DNA of 64,000 nt. Origin: Bdellovibrionota bacterium. Lineage in GTDB: Bacteria > Bdellovibrionota > UBA2428. The notes under the pieces are model-generated. The model did not search any database. It was not told the DNA's origin and worked only from the letters and a program-made list of their open reading frames with translations. Made by a program: the position numbers and the translations under genes. Position 1 is the stretch's first letter. Each line of letters begins with the position of its first letter. The stretch covers positions 67,071 through 131,070 of the forward strand of contig JAWKOD010000005.1 of assembly GCA_041391385.1 (NCBI GenBank), in the 5' to 3' direction. Shown in pieces: positions 19,023 to 29,345 of the stretch.

Positions 19023-20769
19023 ATTTAAAGAATATTTCGATAAAAATTTTAACATTCCGGACTTGGGCGATGGACAACAAGAAATGTGGGCAGACGTTCA
19101 AGAGGTCGTAACTCTTTTGAATAAAGAATCAGAACGCATCATGAATGCGGACCATATAGAAATGGGTTCAGCGGCTTTCAAGGAGTATGTAAATAGAGAA
19201 AAGTTTGAGTCACGAACTGAAAAGGCTATCGCGAGTCTAACTTTGGTCGGTGACGCTCTTTGTATTCGTGTAACTCATATCCCAACAGAAGATGCTATTC
19301 TTATTGGGCCACGTGAAGCATTGAACCCACAGCTGCCTCGAACAAGTCGTTTTCAAAAGTACGTTTCAAGGATTTTTACTTTTTCAGGCAGGCATACGGA
19401 TTACAAAGTAAGAGGGCGCAACCTTCATCTTGTTCGAGTTGGTAATGCGGATCAGGCGAGTTCAGTAGAGTTTCATGAGAAGCCTCTTAAGTGGTTAAGT
19501 TTTGGCTGGTACAAGCATTACGTCAATGCTGCTTTAAGTAAGCCCGAGTTAAAACATTTAAACTCCTCTTTGCTTTCAACTGTAGCTGAAATGGGTATGC
19601 TCTATGGTCTTCAGCAATTAAATTCGCACTATAATCCTGCAAAAATGATCGGGCCTGAGGCTTTTTCCTACGCGGCAGGATTTTCTTTTTCTTACGGACT
19701 TTTTGCGAATGGGATTCGCATGATTAACCAGTATGGCCCCTCTAAGTTTTTTAGGTTTCTAAAGCTTTCGGCTTGGAACTTGGCTTACACAGTCCCTTTT
19801 GCGATTTTAGTTGGACAAGAGCATATTGTAACGGTTGTTGGTTTGAGTTTTATGGTTAATAAGTCTGCGGATGTGCACTGGAGTCAGATTGTTAAGTTCG
19901 ATGAAACTTTAAGAACGATGCCTGGAGATTTTACGGTTGCGTCGAAGGAAATCCCTTCACTGAAAGTTGATACCAATTTAAAGTTTAGAGACAAAATATT
20001 AATGCGTTTAAAGTTTAAAACGCCAGAAGCTACTCCTGAAATTCCATTCGGGAGTCGAGTAACAATAAAAAGTATTTGGATGCGTATGCCACGATTTTTC
20101 TTGAAGGCCTACTCTATAGTAGATCCCGTTGTTGGCTTGAGTGCTCTTTTGATATCTATTCCTGTAATGTCAATCGTGGCTTATGAATATGCTCACAAGC
20201 AAATGCGATCAGGTAAGATAAATGAGCAACAGGCTCAGAAGTTTATTGATACTGAGCTTGCTAATATTTGGACGCGCAGTTGGGAAATGCTACAGGTTGT
20301 TACAGGGTTGAGTATGGAGGGCGTGAGTCCTTGGCTCATGATTAAGAATTTTCTGGCAGTTGAAAAACAAGGGGTAGTTGATAACGTTCGGTATAAGGCA
20401 GCTTTGACGAGCGAGTTTGTTAAGAATATCCCTCGAAGGACTCGGGAGATTTCAAGCTTAGTTGCATCTCGAAGCATGAGCTATTTTTTGAGTTCAGCAG
20501 ATATTATTGCAGCAAAGTATGAGGCGGCTACGGATCGAGCTGCCTATGCGTTAGTGGAAGCGGTTGATAGTTTAACAAGTAGAGCTGAAGAATTAGCTGC
20601 TTCAGTAGTTAGTCGTGGCCGAGATATGAGAAATTACATATTGGTTGAGGCTTTTGTTCAGTTAAATGATCCGATGCCTCAGGTGATTGATCATAGGTTC
20701 CCTCCTGCACATTATAAGACTGAAGTGGTTCACCATAGCTGTCGTGATTCTTTACGTGCCAGCTTTTAG
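19000..20769 (+). CDS. large hypothetical membrane protein
   Basis: 589-codon ORF with several central hydrophobic helices (e.g. AFSYAAGFSFSYGLFANGI, VVGLSALLISIPVMSIVAY). No recognisable family. Confidence 0.6.
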   Translation: MMQVKRPEFKEYFDKNFNIPDLGDGQQEMWADVQEVVTLLNKESERIMNADHIEMGSAAFKEYVNREKFESRTEKAIASLTLVGDALCIRVTHIPTEDAILIGPREALNPQLPRTSRFQKYVSRIFTFSGRHTDYKVRGRNLHLVRVGNADQASSVEFHEKPLKWLSFGWYKHYVNAALSKPELKHLNSSLLSTVAEMGMLYGLQQLNSHYNPAKMIGPEAFSYAAGFSFSYGLFANGIRMINQYGPSKFFRFLKLSAWNLAYTVPFAILVGQEHIVTVVGLSFMVNKSADVHWSQIVKFDETLRTMPGDFTVASKEIPSLKVDTNLKFRDKILMRLKFKTPEATPEIPFGSRVTIKSIWMRMPRFFLKAYSIVDPVVGLSALLISIPVMSIVAYEYAHKQMRSGKINEQQAQKFIDTELANIWTRSWEMLQVVTGLSMEGVSPWLMIKNFLAVEKQGVVDNVRYKAALTSEFVKNIPRRTREISSLVASRSMSYFLSSADIIAAKYEAATDRAAYALVEAVDSLTSRAEELAASVVSRGRDMRNYILVEAFVQLNDPMPQVIDHRFPPAHYKTEVVHHSCRDSLRASF

Positions 20770-20785
20770 GATACAAGTTTAATAT

Positions 20786-21766
20786 ATGAAAAAATTATCT
20801 TTTTTAATTATCCTCCTTTTTTCTATCAGTTGTTCACATTCGTCTTTAGACAACACTTGCCAGCAAAGGCGAGCTGCTTTCGATGTGGGAAGTGGAAGTA
20901 CGCGAATTATGATTGCACGAGTGGATCTTTGTAAAAAGAAGGTCGAAGAGGTTCTTTATGAAAATGAAGAAGCGGTTCCTTATCGTGAGACACTAGTAAA
21001 CGACGAGTTAGATGCGAAAACAATGCAACAAGGAGAGTTGCTTATTCAAGAGCATCTAAAGAAAGCTAAAGAATTTAAAGTTACAAAAGTTTTAGCCGTT
21101 GGAACTGAGGTCTTTCGCAAGGCTTCAAATGGAAAAGCTTTTGTCGATAAGTTGAAAGCTGACCTAGATTTTGATCTAAGGATTATTGATCAGGAATACG
21201 AAGCCCTCTTGGGATTTACAGGTGTTGTAGTGCGCACGGGTGAGAATCCAGAAGATATTCTTGTGTGGGATATGGGTGGTGGCTCGACACAAATAGTTTC
21301 TAAGTCGGGTGAAAATTTTAACTATTACTTTCCGAAATTAGGTTCAGTCTCTTTTAAGGAATTTGTAGTTAAAGACATTCAAAAGAAAAACCCCAAAAAG
21401 GTTTTAAGCCCCAATCCTATATCTTCCAAGCAGGCTAAGTTGGCTGAGAAAAAAACCGTTGCTCAACTTAAATTGAATAAAGTTCCAGCCTGGCTAAGCG
21501 CTGCGAAGAAAGTTTACGGTATTGGCGGAGTTCATTACTATTCCATTCGTGGTCAGATTAATAAAGATCAGGATCTCTATACTTCTGAAGAGCTTATCGC
21601 TGCTCTTGCTAAGCAATTGAATAAGAAAGACGAAGAGATCGGTGGCAAGTACGCAAGTACCGAGGTCACTAACTTGATCTTGGTAAAGTCTATGATGAAC
21701 GCTATGAACTTAAAAGAAGTTCATACGCTTAAGGTAAATCTTACAGAAGCCTTATTGTTCCAGTAG
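20786..21766 (+). CDS. Ppx/GppA (ASKHA-fold) phosphatase-family protein with N-terminal export signal
   Basis: FDVGSGSTRIMIARVD (phosphate-1 motif) and WDMGGGSTQIV (phosphate-2 motif). N-terminus MKKLSFLIILLFSISCSHS. Confidence 0.7.
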   Translation: MKKLSFLIILLFSISCSHSSLDNTCQQRRAAFDVGSGSTRIMIARVDLCKKKVEEVLYENEEAVPYRETLVNDELDAKTMQQGELLIQEHLKKAKEFKVTKVLAVGTEVFRKASNGKAFVDKLKADLDFDLRIIDQEYEALLGFTGVVVRTGENPEDILVWDMGGGSTQIVSKSGENFNYYFPKLGSVSFKEFVVKDIQKKNPKKVLSPNPISSKQAKLAEKKTVAQLKLNKVPAWLSAAKKVYGIGGVHYYSIRGQINKDQDLYTSEELIAALAKQLNKKDEEIGGKYASTEVTNLILVKSMMNAMNLKEVHTLKVNLTEALLFQ

Positions 21767-21791
21767 TTTAAATATCAATTTATAAAAACGC

Positions 21792-21825
21792 AAAAGCCAA
21801 CCTCCGTTTAAGGAAGCTGGCTTTT
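21792..21825. terminator. bidirectional hairpin between convergent genes
   Basis: AAAAGCCAACCTCC / GGAAGCTGGCTTTT stem (two mismatches), flanked by T-runs on both strands. Confidence 0.45.
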
Positions 21826-21848
21826 GTGTTTTAGTCTTTTAATAAAAA

Positions 21849-22061
21849 CTATTTAGCTTCTTCAGATGAACTAGCGTCAGCTTCTGGAGCTTCTTCCATA
21901 ACATCAGAAGGGGGTGCTTCAACGGCTTCAACTCCTTCAGGTGCTGCAGTCGTTTCTTCAGTAGCTTCTGTGGTAGGTTCTTCCATTGCTGGAGCTTCTT
22001 CTTTTTTCGTACAAGCAGTCATAACAACAGCTGCAGCAAAAAGTGCTAAGAACTTTTTCAT
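21849..22061 (-). CDS. small acidic lipoprotein
   Basis: MKKFLALFAAAVVMTAC lipobox followed by an Glu/Ala/Pro/Thr-rich tail. The ORF track starts 15 codons upstream. Confidence 0.55.
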   Translation of the reverse strand: MKKFLALFAAAVVMTACTKKEEAPAMEEPTTEATEETTAAPEGVEAVEAPPSDVMEEAPEADASSSEEAK

Positions 22062-22129
22062 ATTTTTGTTTCTCCTTTTCTGTTGAACCTTTTGAGGAAA
22101 CAACAAGTAAGGCCTGAAATTAGCAAAAA

Positions 22130-23455
22130 TTAGTGAGATAAGGCAACAGGTTGGCCAATCAAATGTGTAAGGCTGGCATCAATTATCTTGAGTTTGACTA
22201 GATCTCCAGGCAGGTGACCGTAGGCTTTATCTACATGGACAGGAACATTTTGGCTATTTCTTCCGGTCCAGCGATTAGGGTCCTTTTTTGATGTGCCTTC
22301 TATAAGGATTTCGCTCACTTGTCCGATTTCAGCCATGTGGCGTTCACGGGATATTCTTCGAGCTATTGTTTGGAGCTCCATCAAACGGCGAAGTTTGGTC
22401 ACATCATCGACCTGGTCACTGCGCTCAGAGGCAGAAGTCCCAGGACGGGGTGAGTAGGCAAAGGAATAGACATTGTCATAACGAAGCTCTTCTACGAGCT
22501 TAAGGGTCATTTGGAACTCTTCTTCTGTTTCGCTTGGAAATCCAACAATGATGTCAGTTGAGAAGGATATGTCGGGGCGAGCTTCTAAAAGGGCATAGGC
22601 TTTTTCGAGATAAGCTTCGCGCGTATAAAAGCGTCTCATAGAGCGTAGAATACGGTTTGAAGCAGATTGAACGGGAAGGTGAAAGTTAGAGCTAAGCTTT
22701 GGCAAGTCTTTAAAGCATTGAATCAGTCCAGGTTTGAGGTCACCCGGGTGACTTGTTGTAAAGCGAATGCGCTTGAGGTCGGGGATTTCGTGAACTTTAT
22801 AAAAAAGTTCTTCGAGGCTTTCACCGGCGCGTTTGCCGTAGGAGTTAATGTTTTGGCCAAGGAAGGTAACCTCTCTTACGCCTTTACTACAGAGGTCTTT
22901 TACGTCTTCTACGACGTCTGCAATGGGGCGTGAGCGTTCTCTGCCACGAGTCCAGGGGACGATGCAATAACTGCAGAAGTGGTCGCAGCCCTTCATGACA
23001 TTTACAAAAGTGCTAATGCCGGGATTGTTGATAAGCGTTTTGGTCTTCCACACGCGAGAAGCATCGTCGAAGTGAGTTCGAGTAATATGCTTTTCGGGGT
23101 GAGTCTCGATTTCGTCAAGGGCCCAGGGGAGCTCGTCAATGTTGTCGGGGCCAAGAACAATATCTACAAAGGGGAGCTTTTCTATAATTTTTTCTTTTTC
23201 TTGTTGGGCCACACAGCCCGTGATTCCAAGAATGAGCTTGGGATTGTTGCGTTTCAGTTCCTGAAGATCGTAGGCAAAGCTGCTCATTTTTCCTTCAGCT
23301 TTTTCGCGAATAGAGCAAGTGTTAATGAGAATAAGGTCAGCCTTAGAGGGATCAGTTACGTTTTCGTAATTAAGCGGGGCAAGTACTGCCTTCATGCGGT
23401 CACTGTCGGATACGTTCATCTGACAGCCAAAAGTTTGAATATAGAGTCCTTTCAC
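22130..23455 (-). CDS. miaB: tRNA-2-methylthio-N6-dimethylallyladenosine synthase
   Basis: UPF0004 N-domain YIQTFGCQMN, radical-SAM CDHFCSYC, C-terminal TRAM region, 441 aa. Confidence 0.9.
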   Translation of the reverse strand: MKGLYIQTFGCQMNVSDSDRMKAVLAPLNYENVTDPSKADLILINTCSIREKAEGKMSSFAYDLQELKRNNPKLILGITGCVAQQEKEKIIEKLPFVDIVLGPDNIDELPWALDEIETHPEKHITRTHFDDASRVWKTKTLINNPGISTFVNVMKGCDHFCSYCIVPWTRGRERSRPIADVVEDVKDLCSKGVREVTFLGQNINSYGKRAGESLEELFYKVHEIPDLKRIRFTTSHPGDLKPGLIQCFKDLPKLSSNFHLPVQSASNRILRSMRRFYTREAYLEKAYALLEARPDISFSTDIIVGFPSETEEEFQMTLKLVEELRYDNVYSFAYSPRPGTSASERSDQVDDVTKLRRLMELQTIARRISRERHMAEIGQVSEILIEGTSKKDPNRWTGRNSQNVPVHVDKAYGHLPGDLVKLKIIDASLTHLIGQPVALSH

Positions 23456-23476
23456 GACTCGACCAAACTAGCATAA

Positions 23477-23549
23477 CTGCAAAAAGGTACCTAGTTACTT
23501 TTTACTCGCACCCGCTACCTTTTTACCCGCACCCGGTACCTTTTTGCAG
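23477..23549. repeat. perfect 15-bp inverted repeat enclosing two direct repeats, in the miaB/RDD divergent intergenic region
   Basis: CTGCAAAAAGGTACC (23477-23491) and GGTACCTTTTTGCAG (23535-23549). Between them, CGCACCCGCTACCTTTTT and CGCACCCGGTACCTTTTT in tandem. Confidence 0.5.
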
Positions 23550-23571
23550 GTGAGCAGGTTATATTACTCGT

Positions 23572-24012
23572 ATGAGTGATCGTGTGGAGGAAGCAACTCC
23601 TGGAGCTTCGGCAAATGTAAATCCGTTGGGAAATCGCAAAAAAGCAGATTTTGGAGTGCGTATTCTAGCTTTTATAATCGATGCGCTTTGTTTGGCTCTT
23701 GCGAGTGGTATTGTTGCGTTTTTCTTAGGGACTGTGGGAGTTGTACTCAGCTTCTTTATGCCTGTTCTCTATAATGGATATTTTTATCAAAAATACAGCT
23801 CAACTCCTGGAAAGAAGTTTTTTCATCTTGAGGTTATCAAGGTTGGGAGCGGAGCAAAGCCAACTTATATGGATGCCTTCTTGCGTGACGCCGTAGGGAA
23901 GACTCTCTCGGCTATGATTTTCTTTATCGGATACATAATGGCCGCCTTCCGAGAAGACGGCCAGGCACTGCACGATTTGATTGCGAAGACAGTGGTTGTT
24001 CAAAAAAGTTAA
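23572..24012 (+). CDS. RDD-family membrane protein
   Basis: RILAFIIDAL..., three hydrophobic helices, C-terminal ALHDLIAKTVVV typical of RDD domains. Confidence 0.7.
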   Translation: MSDRVEEATPGASANVNPLGNRKKADFGVRILAFIIDALCLALASGIVAFFLGTVGVVLSFFMPVLYNGYFYQKYSSTPGKKFFHLEVIKVGSGAKPTYMDAFLRDAVGKTLSAMIFFIGYIMAAFREDGQALHDLIAKTVVVQKS

Positions 24013-25001
24013 CTTTTTAATTCTTTATCGTCTTCGATGGCTTTTTTAACGCCTTCTTCAAGTTCAGTCATAGGTACGGTGTAGCCTGCCTTGCGTAACT
24101 TATCTAAACTCGCTTCGGTAAAGTATTGGTACTGAGCTCGAAGGCTTTCAGGAGTGGGTATGTATTCAATTTTACATTCAACGTTGATGGCGGCAGCGGT
24201 GGCCGCAACGAGGTCTTTAAAGGTGCGTGCTTTGCCTGAGCCTAAGTTGAAGATTCCGTTTTGAGTGGACGATGTGTAGAAGAAATTGAGGACATTACAA
24301 ACATCTCCTACATAGACAAAGTCTCGGGCTTGTTCGCCGTCTTTGAAGTCTGGATTGTGAGACTTAAAGAGTTTCATCACTCCCTTTTCTTCAAATTGTC
24401 TCTTGGCATGCCACACGACACTTCCTTGTGAGCCTTTGTGGTCTTCGCCTGCGCCGTAGACATTGAAGAATTTAAAACCAGCCCATTTTTTAGGAGTATG
24501 TCCGTCCTGAATGCGATTTAAAACCCAAAGATCAAAATCTTGTTTGCTTTGAGCGTAAAGGTTCAGGGGTTTGTATTGGGGGATCTTTTCGGAGTTGTCT
24601 TCGAATCCAAATTCTCCAGCTCCGTAGGTGGAAGCAGAACTTGCGTAATAGAGGGGTACTTCATTTTCAGTGCAGTAATTCCAAATCTTTTGAGAGTAGT
24701 GGAGGTTTTGCTCGTTGAGTTTATCTTTGCTCTTTTCTTCGGTATTCGAGATCGCGCCCATGTGAAATATGACATTTGCTTTGTCTCCGGTGTTGAGGAG
24801 TTGGGGGAATTCGTGCCAATCGCAAATTTCAAAGTCGTTTTTTCTGAGTTGCACCGTACATACCCTCTCGTTGTATTTATGGATGTCATCTACAAGAAGA
24901 ATGTTTTGGGCTAAGTGTCCGTTTTTTATCAGAAAACTTGCCAGTTGAGATCCAATAAACCCTGCGGCACCCGTGATGATAATTCTGTTCTCAATCTTCA
25001 T
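24009..25001 (-). CDS. hldD: ADP-L-glycero-D-manno-heptose 6-epimerase
   Basis: ITGAAGFIGS, YASSASTYG, FKFFNVYGAGEDHKGSQGSV, RDFVYVGDV, IFNLGSGKARTF, IEYIPTPESLRAQYQYFTEA. Collinear with the E. coli HldD motifs as I recall them. Confidence 0.85.
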   Translation of the reverse strand: MKIENRIIITGAAGFIGSQLASFLIKNGHLAQNILLVDDIHKYNERVCTVQLRKNDFEICDWHEFPQLLNTGDKANVIFHMGAISNTEEKSKDKLNEQNLHYSQKIWNYCTENEVPLYYASSASTYGAGEFGFEDNSEKIPQYKPLNLYAQSKQDFDLWVLNRIQDGHTPKKWAGFKFFNVYGAGEDHKGSQGSVVWHAKRQFEEKGVMKLFKSHNPDFKDGEQARDFVYVGDVCNVLNFFYTSSTQNGIFNLGSGKARTFKDLVAATAAAINVECKIEYIPTPESLRAQYQYFTEASLDKLRKAGYTVPMTELEEGVKKAIEDDKELKS

Positions 25002-25021
25002 TGGAGGTTAAGTTTAACCTT

Positions 25022-25801
25022 ATGAGCAAAGACTTGCACCCACTTTCGTATCCAGAGTCATCTGTAAAACCTGTGCCTCAAGAGGCTAAAAGTTTTAAAA
25101 TGAATCGCGATGATATACGAAGCGCAGAGTTAGATTTTTTTATAGCAGAGCGCATGGCGATGGAACTTCCGGAGCAAAAACAAATCGTAGAGAACTCTAT
25201 AAAAGCGGGTCTTCCGGAGATTCAGGTTTCACCTTACGAGGGGCATGTGTTGTCTCTTCTTCTTCAAATGATGAAGGCAAAACGCGGCGTGGAGATTGGC
25301 ACTTTAGGAGGCTACAGCACAAGTTGGATTTGTCGCGCACTCGAGCGGGTAGAGGGAGCCAGAGTTGATTGCTTGGAGCTCAGTCCAAAGTTTGCTGCGG
25401 TAGCTACGGAAAATCTAAAGCGATGGGAAGGGTTCTTTGAGATTCATGTAGGTCCTGCGCTTAAAACTCTTGATACTTCGCTCAGTGATCTGAAGGATTT
25501 GGATTTTGTCTTTATTGATGCAGATAAAAACAATTATCTCAATTATTTTGAATGGGCCTGGCCCCGTATTCGAAAGGGCGGAGTGATTTTGATCGATAAC
25601 TTTTACCTTTGGGGTGGGGTCTATTTTAGGGGAGAGGACTTTCCCGAAGCTTATGCGGCAAATATTCCCGGTGGAATCCTCTCAAAGGAGCGTTGGGAGA
25701 GTATGAAGGCTCTTTGGTCGCGTCTCGAATCTTTGGGCAGCAAGGCGTCTAAGACGATTCTATCCACAAGTGAGGGGCTCGGGGTCGTACTTAAGAATTA
25801 A
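25022..25801 (+). CDS. class I SAM-dependent O-methyltransferase (caffeoyl-CoA OMT-like family)
   Basis: [14 protein letters not shown] (SAM motif I), [26 protein letters not shown] 25022 lies downstream of GGAGG (25003-25007). Confidence 0.8.
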   Translation: MSKDLHPLSYPESSVKPVPQEAKSFKMNRDDIRSAELDFFIAERMAMELPEQKQIVENSIKAGLPEIQVSPYEGHVLSLLLQMMKAKRGVEIGTLGGYSTSWICRALERVEGARVDCLELSPKFAAVATENLKRWEGFFEIHVGPALKTLDTSLSDLKDLDFVFIDADKNNYLNYFEWAWPRIRKGGVILIDNFYLWGGVYFRGEDFPEAYAANIPGGILSKERWESMKALWSRLESLGSKASKTILSTSEGLGVVLKN

Positions 25802-25886
25802 AAAAAGAGAGATATCTCAAGGCGTAGCTTTTCTGATTTTTGGCCTATGCAAAGGCGTAAAGCTTTATTATGTTTTTTGCACGCTT

Positions 25887-28007
25887 ATGGCAACAGACGA
25901 CAACTATATCAAACAGGTACGTAACATCGGTATTTCCGCGCATATTGACTCGGGTAAGACAACGCTTTCTGAGCGAATCTTGTTCTATACGGGTAAAATT
26001 CACGCCATTCACGAAGTGAAGGGTAAGGATTCCGTTGGAGCCAAAATGGACTCCATGGATTTGGAGCGCGAAAAAGGTATTACGATCCAATCAGCTGCTA
26101 CCTACGCAGATTGGAAAGATTACCATATCAACTTGATCGATACTCCCGGACACGTGGACTTTACAGTAGAAGTAGAGCGCGCTCTTCGAGTACTCGATGG
26201 TGCGATTCTTGTTCTTTGTGCTGTAGCTGGAGTTCAATCACAGTCCATCACAGTTGACCGTCAGATGAAACGCTACAAAGTGCCTCGTCTTGCGTTCATT
26301 AACAAAATGGACCGTGCGGGAGCTAACCCTTTTCGCGTTAAAGACATGCTTGTCGAAAAGTTAGGTCACAATGCACACTTTTTAACTTACCCCATGGGTG
26401 CTGAAGATCAGTTCCAAGGTGTTATTGACCTTTTGACTATGGAAGCTGTCTACTTTGATGGCGAAAGTGGCGAAAAAGTTCGTAAAGAACCTTGTCCTGC
26501 TGAATATGTAGAAAAAGCGACTGAGTATCGTAACAAGTTGATCGAAGCTCTTGCAGACTTCGATGATGCTTTGGCTGAAAAATATCTCGACGGAAAAGAA
26601 ATTACCGCTGAAGAATTGCGACCTATTGTTCGAAAGGCAACTTTGTCTCTAAATTTCACTGCTGTATTCATGGGAACAGCTTTCAAAAACAAAGGCGTTC
26701 AAGTTCTTTTGGATGCGGTTGGTTCTTACCTTCCAAATCCAAGTGAAAAAGAAAACATTGGTCTTGATCAAAAAAATGAAGAAGCGCCCATTGTTTTGGA
26801 GTCCGATTCTTCGAAGCCTCTTGTTGCTTTGGCATTTAAACTTGAAGATGGACGTTATGGTCAGCTGACTTATATGCGTATCTATCAAGGAACTCTTAAA
26901 AAGGGTGACTTTATCTTCAACGTAAACGCGGGAATGAAAAAAGTTAAAGTTCCTCGTATCGTGCGCATGCACTCTAATGACATGCACGATATTGAGTCTG
27001 CGGGAGCGGGCGAAATCGTTGCTCTCTTCGGTGTGGAATGTGCTTCAGGTGAAAGTTTCACAAATGGTGACGTTCAAATCACTATGAGCTCTATGCACAT
27101 TGCTAACTCGGTAATTTCTTTGGCAATTAAGCCCAAAAACAGAGAAGGAACTGCAAACTTTTCTAAAGCATTGGGTAAGTTTACGCGTGAAGATCCTACC
27201 TTCCGTGTTTCTCGTGACGAAGAAACCAGCGATACTATTATTTCGGGAATGGGAGAGCTTCACCTTGAAATTTACGTTGAGCGTATGAAGCGTGAATTTG
27301 GTGTTGAAGTAGAGGTGGGTAATCCTCAAGTGGCTTACCGCGAAACAATTATGAACCCTTCAACAAACTTTGAATACACACATAAAAAGCAATCAGGTGG
27401 TGCCGGACAATTTGCAAAAGTTGTTGGACGTTTTGAAAAGCTTCCTGCGGATGCTGCAAATACTTACGAGTTTGTTTCAGAAGTTGTGGGTGGATCTATT
27501 CCTCGTGAATTTATCCCTGCTTGCGACAAGGGTTTTCAAGAACAGCTTAAAAAAGGTCTTTTGATCGGAGCTCCTGTCGTAGGAGTTCGAGCTGTTGTGA
27601 CTGAAGGTCAGCACCATGCGGTCGACTCGTCAGAGATGGCGTTTCGTTTGGCTTCAATGGCTGCAGTGCGCGAGTATTACAATGCTGCGAAACCTGCAGT
27701 TCTTGAGCCCATCATGACGGTAGAAGTTTCTGCTCCTGAGGAATTCCAAGGATCTGTTATCGGCCAGCTTAACCAGCGTCGAGCGGTGATTATGGAATCA
27801 GGCACGAACGATCGTTACTTTACAGCAGTTGCGCAAGTTCCTTTTGCTGAAATGTTTGGTTACTCCACTGAGCTTCGCTCTGCCACTCAAGGTAAGGGCG
27901 AGTTCTCTATGGAATTTGCGAAATATGAGCCAGCACCTCGATCAGTTCAAGACGAATTGATTAAGGCGTATCAGAAGAAGCGCGCTGACGAACAAAAAGC
28001 AAAATAG
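25887..28007 (+). CDS. fusA: elongation factor G (stand-alone copy, not in an rpsL-rpsG-fusA-tuf context)
   Basis: [22 protein letters not shown], domain IV/V motifs, 706 aa from ATG 25887. The ORF track begins 39 codons earlier. Confidence 0.92.
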   Translation: MATDDNYIKQVRNIGISAHIDSGKTTLSERILFYTGKIHAIHEVKGKDSVGAKMDSMDLEREKGITIQSAATYADWKDYHINLIDTPGHVDFTVEVERALRVLDGAILVLCAVAGVQSQSITVDRQMKRYKVPRLAFINKMDRAGANPFRVKDMLVEKLGHNAHFLTYPMGAEDQFQGVIDLLTMEAVYFDGESGEKVRKEPCPAEYVEKATEYRNKLIEALADFDDALAEKYLDGKEITAEELRPIVRKATLSLNFTAVFMGTAFKNKGVQVLLDAVGSYLPNPSEKENIGLDQKNEEAPIVLESDSSKPLVALAFKLEDGRYGQLTYMRIYQGTLKKGDFIFNVNAGMKKVKVPRIVRMHSNDMHDIESAGAGEIVALFGVECASGESFTNGDVQITMSSMHIANSVISLAIKPKNREGTANFSKALGKFTREDPTFRVSRDEETSDTIISGMGELHLEIYVERMKREFGVEVEVGNPQVAYRETIMNPSTNFEYTHKKQSGGAGQFAKVVGRFEKLPADAANTYEFVSEVVGGSIPREFIPACDKGFQEQLKKGLLIGAPVVGVRAVVTEGQHHAVDSSEMAFRLASMAAVREYYNAAKPAVLEPIMTVEVSAPEEFQGSVIGQLNQRRAVIMESGTNDRYFTAVAQVPFAEMFGYSTELRSATQGKGEFSMEFAKYEPAPRSVQDELIKAYQKKRADEQKAK

Positions 28008-28046
28008 TCTCGTCGAGAATGCACTCTCTTTATGTTTTTTGCTGAT

Positions 28047-28925
28047 CTAAAAATTTGCAATAAGTGAGAGCATGGCTCTTGGGCCTGGAATAAACGTTTT
28101 TGCATTAAAGTCGCGATAGACGTGCCACTCTACACTTGCATCAAAAGCAAGGTGGTTCCAGGCGCGTCCTCGAATGCGTGGACCAAAAATAAAGTCATCT
28201 GAAACTTCATCGTAGAGAATGCCATTGGTTTCTCGGTAAACCTTAAACCATGCAATGTTGGCTCCAAAATCAACATATGTAGGATAAAAGAAGGCGGCTT
28301 TTGCCAGAGTAAAGAAATCGCCTTTTTCGTAGTCATAACGAAGAGTCACTAAAAGTTCAGAGTCAATAAGTGGGTTTTTCTGAGATACAAGGCGATTCTG
28401 GGTACTGCTTACACCGGTAGAAATAATTACGGACCTTTTCTCTCACTTTCGTTGCTGAGTGTGAAGAGGTTTTAACTCTTGGGTCGCTTTGTCGTGAGTC
28501 AGTGAAAGGTCGCGGTAGCCACCCATGAGGTATCCTCTAAAATTGAGTGTGGAAAATTAAGATTGCCTCGTCCAAGCATAATTGCCAGCCTTCTTGCCTA
28601 GGCTGAGAGGGGCACCATCTACATTCCCTTCTCTGTGGATATATGAGGAGAAAGAAAGTATCCGTGAAGAAGACTATTGGGGTTTGTACTAAAAGGAGGA
28701 CGGCATTGGCCATCATTGAAGGGTTCTTGAGCTTAAGAGTGCTCGAAGAGCTTAGAGCTAAACTCCAAGCACCCGAGAGGTCCATAAGGTAGCCAATGGG
28801 CCTTGTTGGAAACTCTGTGTCGACGGCCTGTCTAAAGAGCAGTGACTTTGCAGACAAAGGTGCTGTGAGGCAAAGCTTAAGAATAAGATACTTGGCAATG
28901 CTTTTAGTTTTTGGCTAGTTTCCAT
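28047..28925 (-). pseudogene. decayed outer-membrane beta-barrel protein gene
   Basis: The 3' part (28047..28349 and upstream in frame) is beta-strand-like and ends ..LSLIANF. In-frame TGA at 28443-28445 and TAA at 28557-28559. OMP-like peptides GYFLSPHISTEKG and EGNVDGAPLSLGKKAGNYAW sit in different frames. The signal peptide METSQK/KTKSIAKYLILKLCLTAPLSA is split at the T5 run 28908-28912. Confidence 0.55.
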
Positions 28926-29345
28926 AATTGTGGCCGTACAATTGTCCCATTTAACCCCGATCTGGCGAGTCGTCGATACCCTGAGCTTGAGATTCTTGTG
29001 ACTCAAGAGGCAGTAGAGAATTTTTTTAAGTCAGTTGGGTATCCTTTTGAGCCACAAGAAGAGATTCCTCATTCATTTTATGCCTGTTTAAGGGAGGGGG
29101 AATTTAAGATTTTTGAAAGCTTGGAAATTGATTTGCATCAGCTTTTACACGTTTCTCAATCTTTTTCTTATTACAAGCACTACGAGTGGAGATAAATTAC
29201 GAGTCATGCCATTGTTAGCAAAGTGAATTCGCGCAAGTTGGGAGGTGCTTTAGTCGTTTTTTTTAGAATTAAAAATCGTTACACGCGCAACGGAGAACTT
29301 GTGGCTGAAACCGAAGGAAGCGTGATCGTGAGGGAAGCAATATGA
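28911..29345 (+). pseudogene. hotdog-fold dehydratase, MaoC N-terminal-like subunit, with in-frame TAA
   Basis: ..LLHVSQSFSYYKHYEWR-TAA(29193-29195)-ITSHAIVSKVNSRKLGGALVVFFRIKNRYTRNGELVAETEGSVIVRE in a single frame. ATGA overlap with the next gene. Confidence 0.55.

Noticed and set aside
22979-23476. 165-aa plus-strand ORF
   Set aside because: It is antisense to the well-supported miaB. No motif or RBS.
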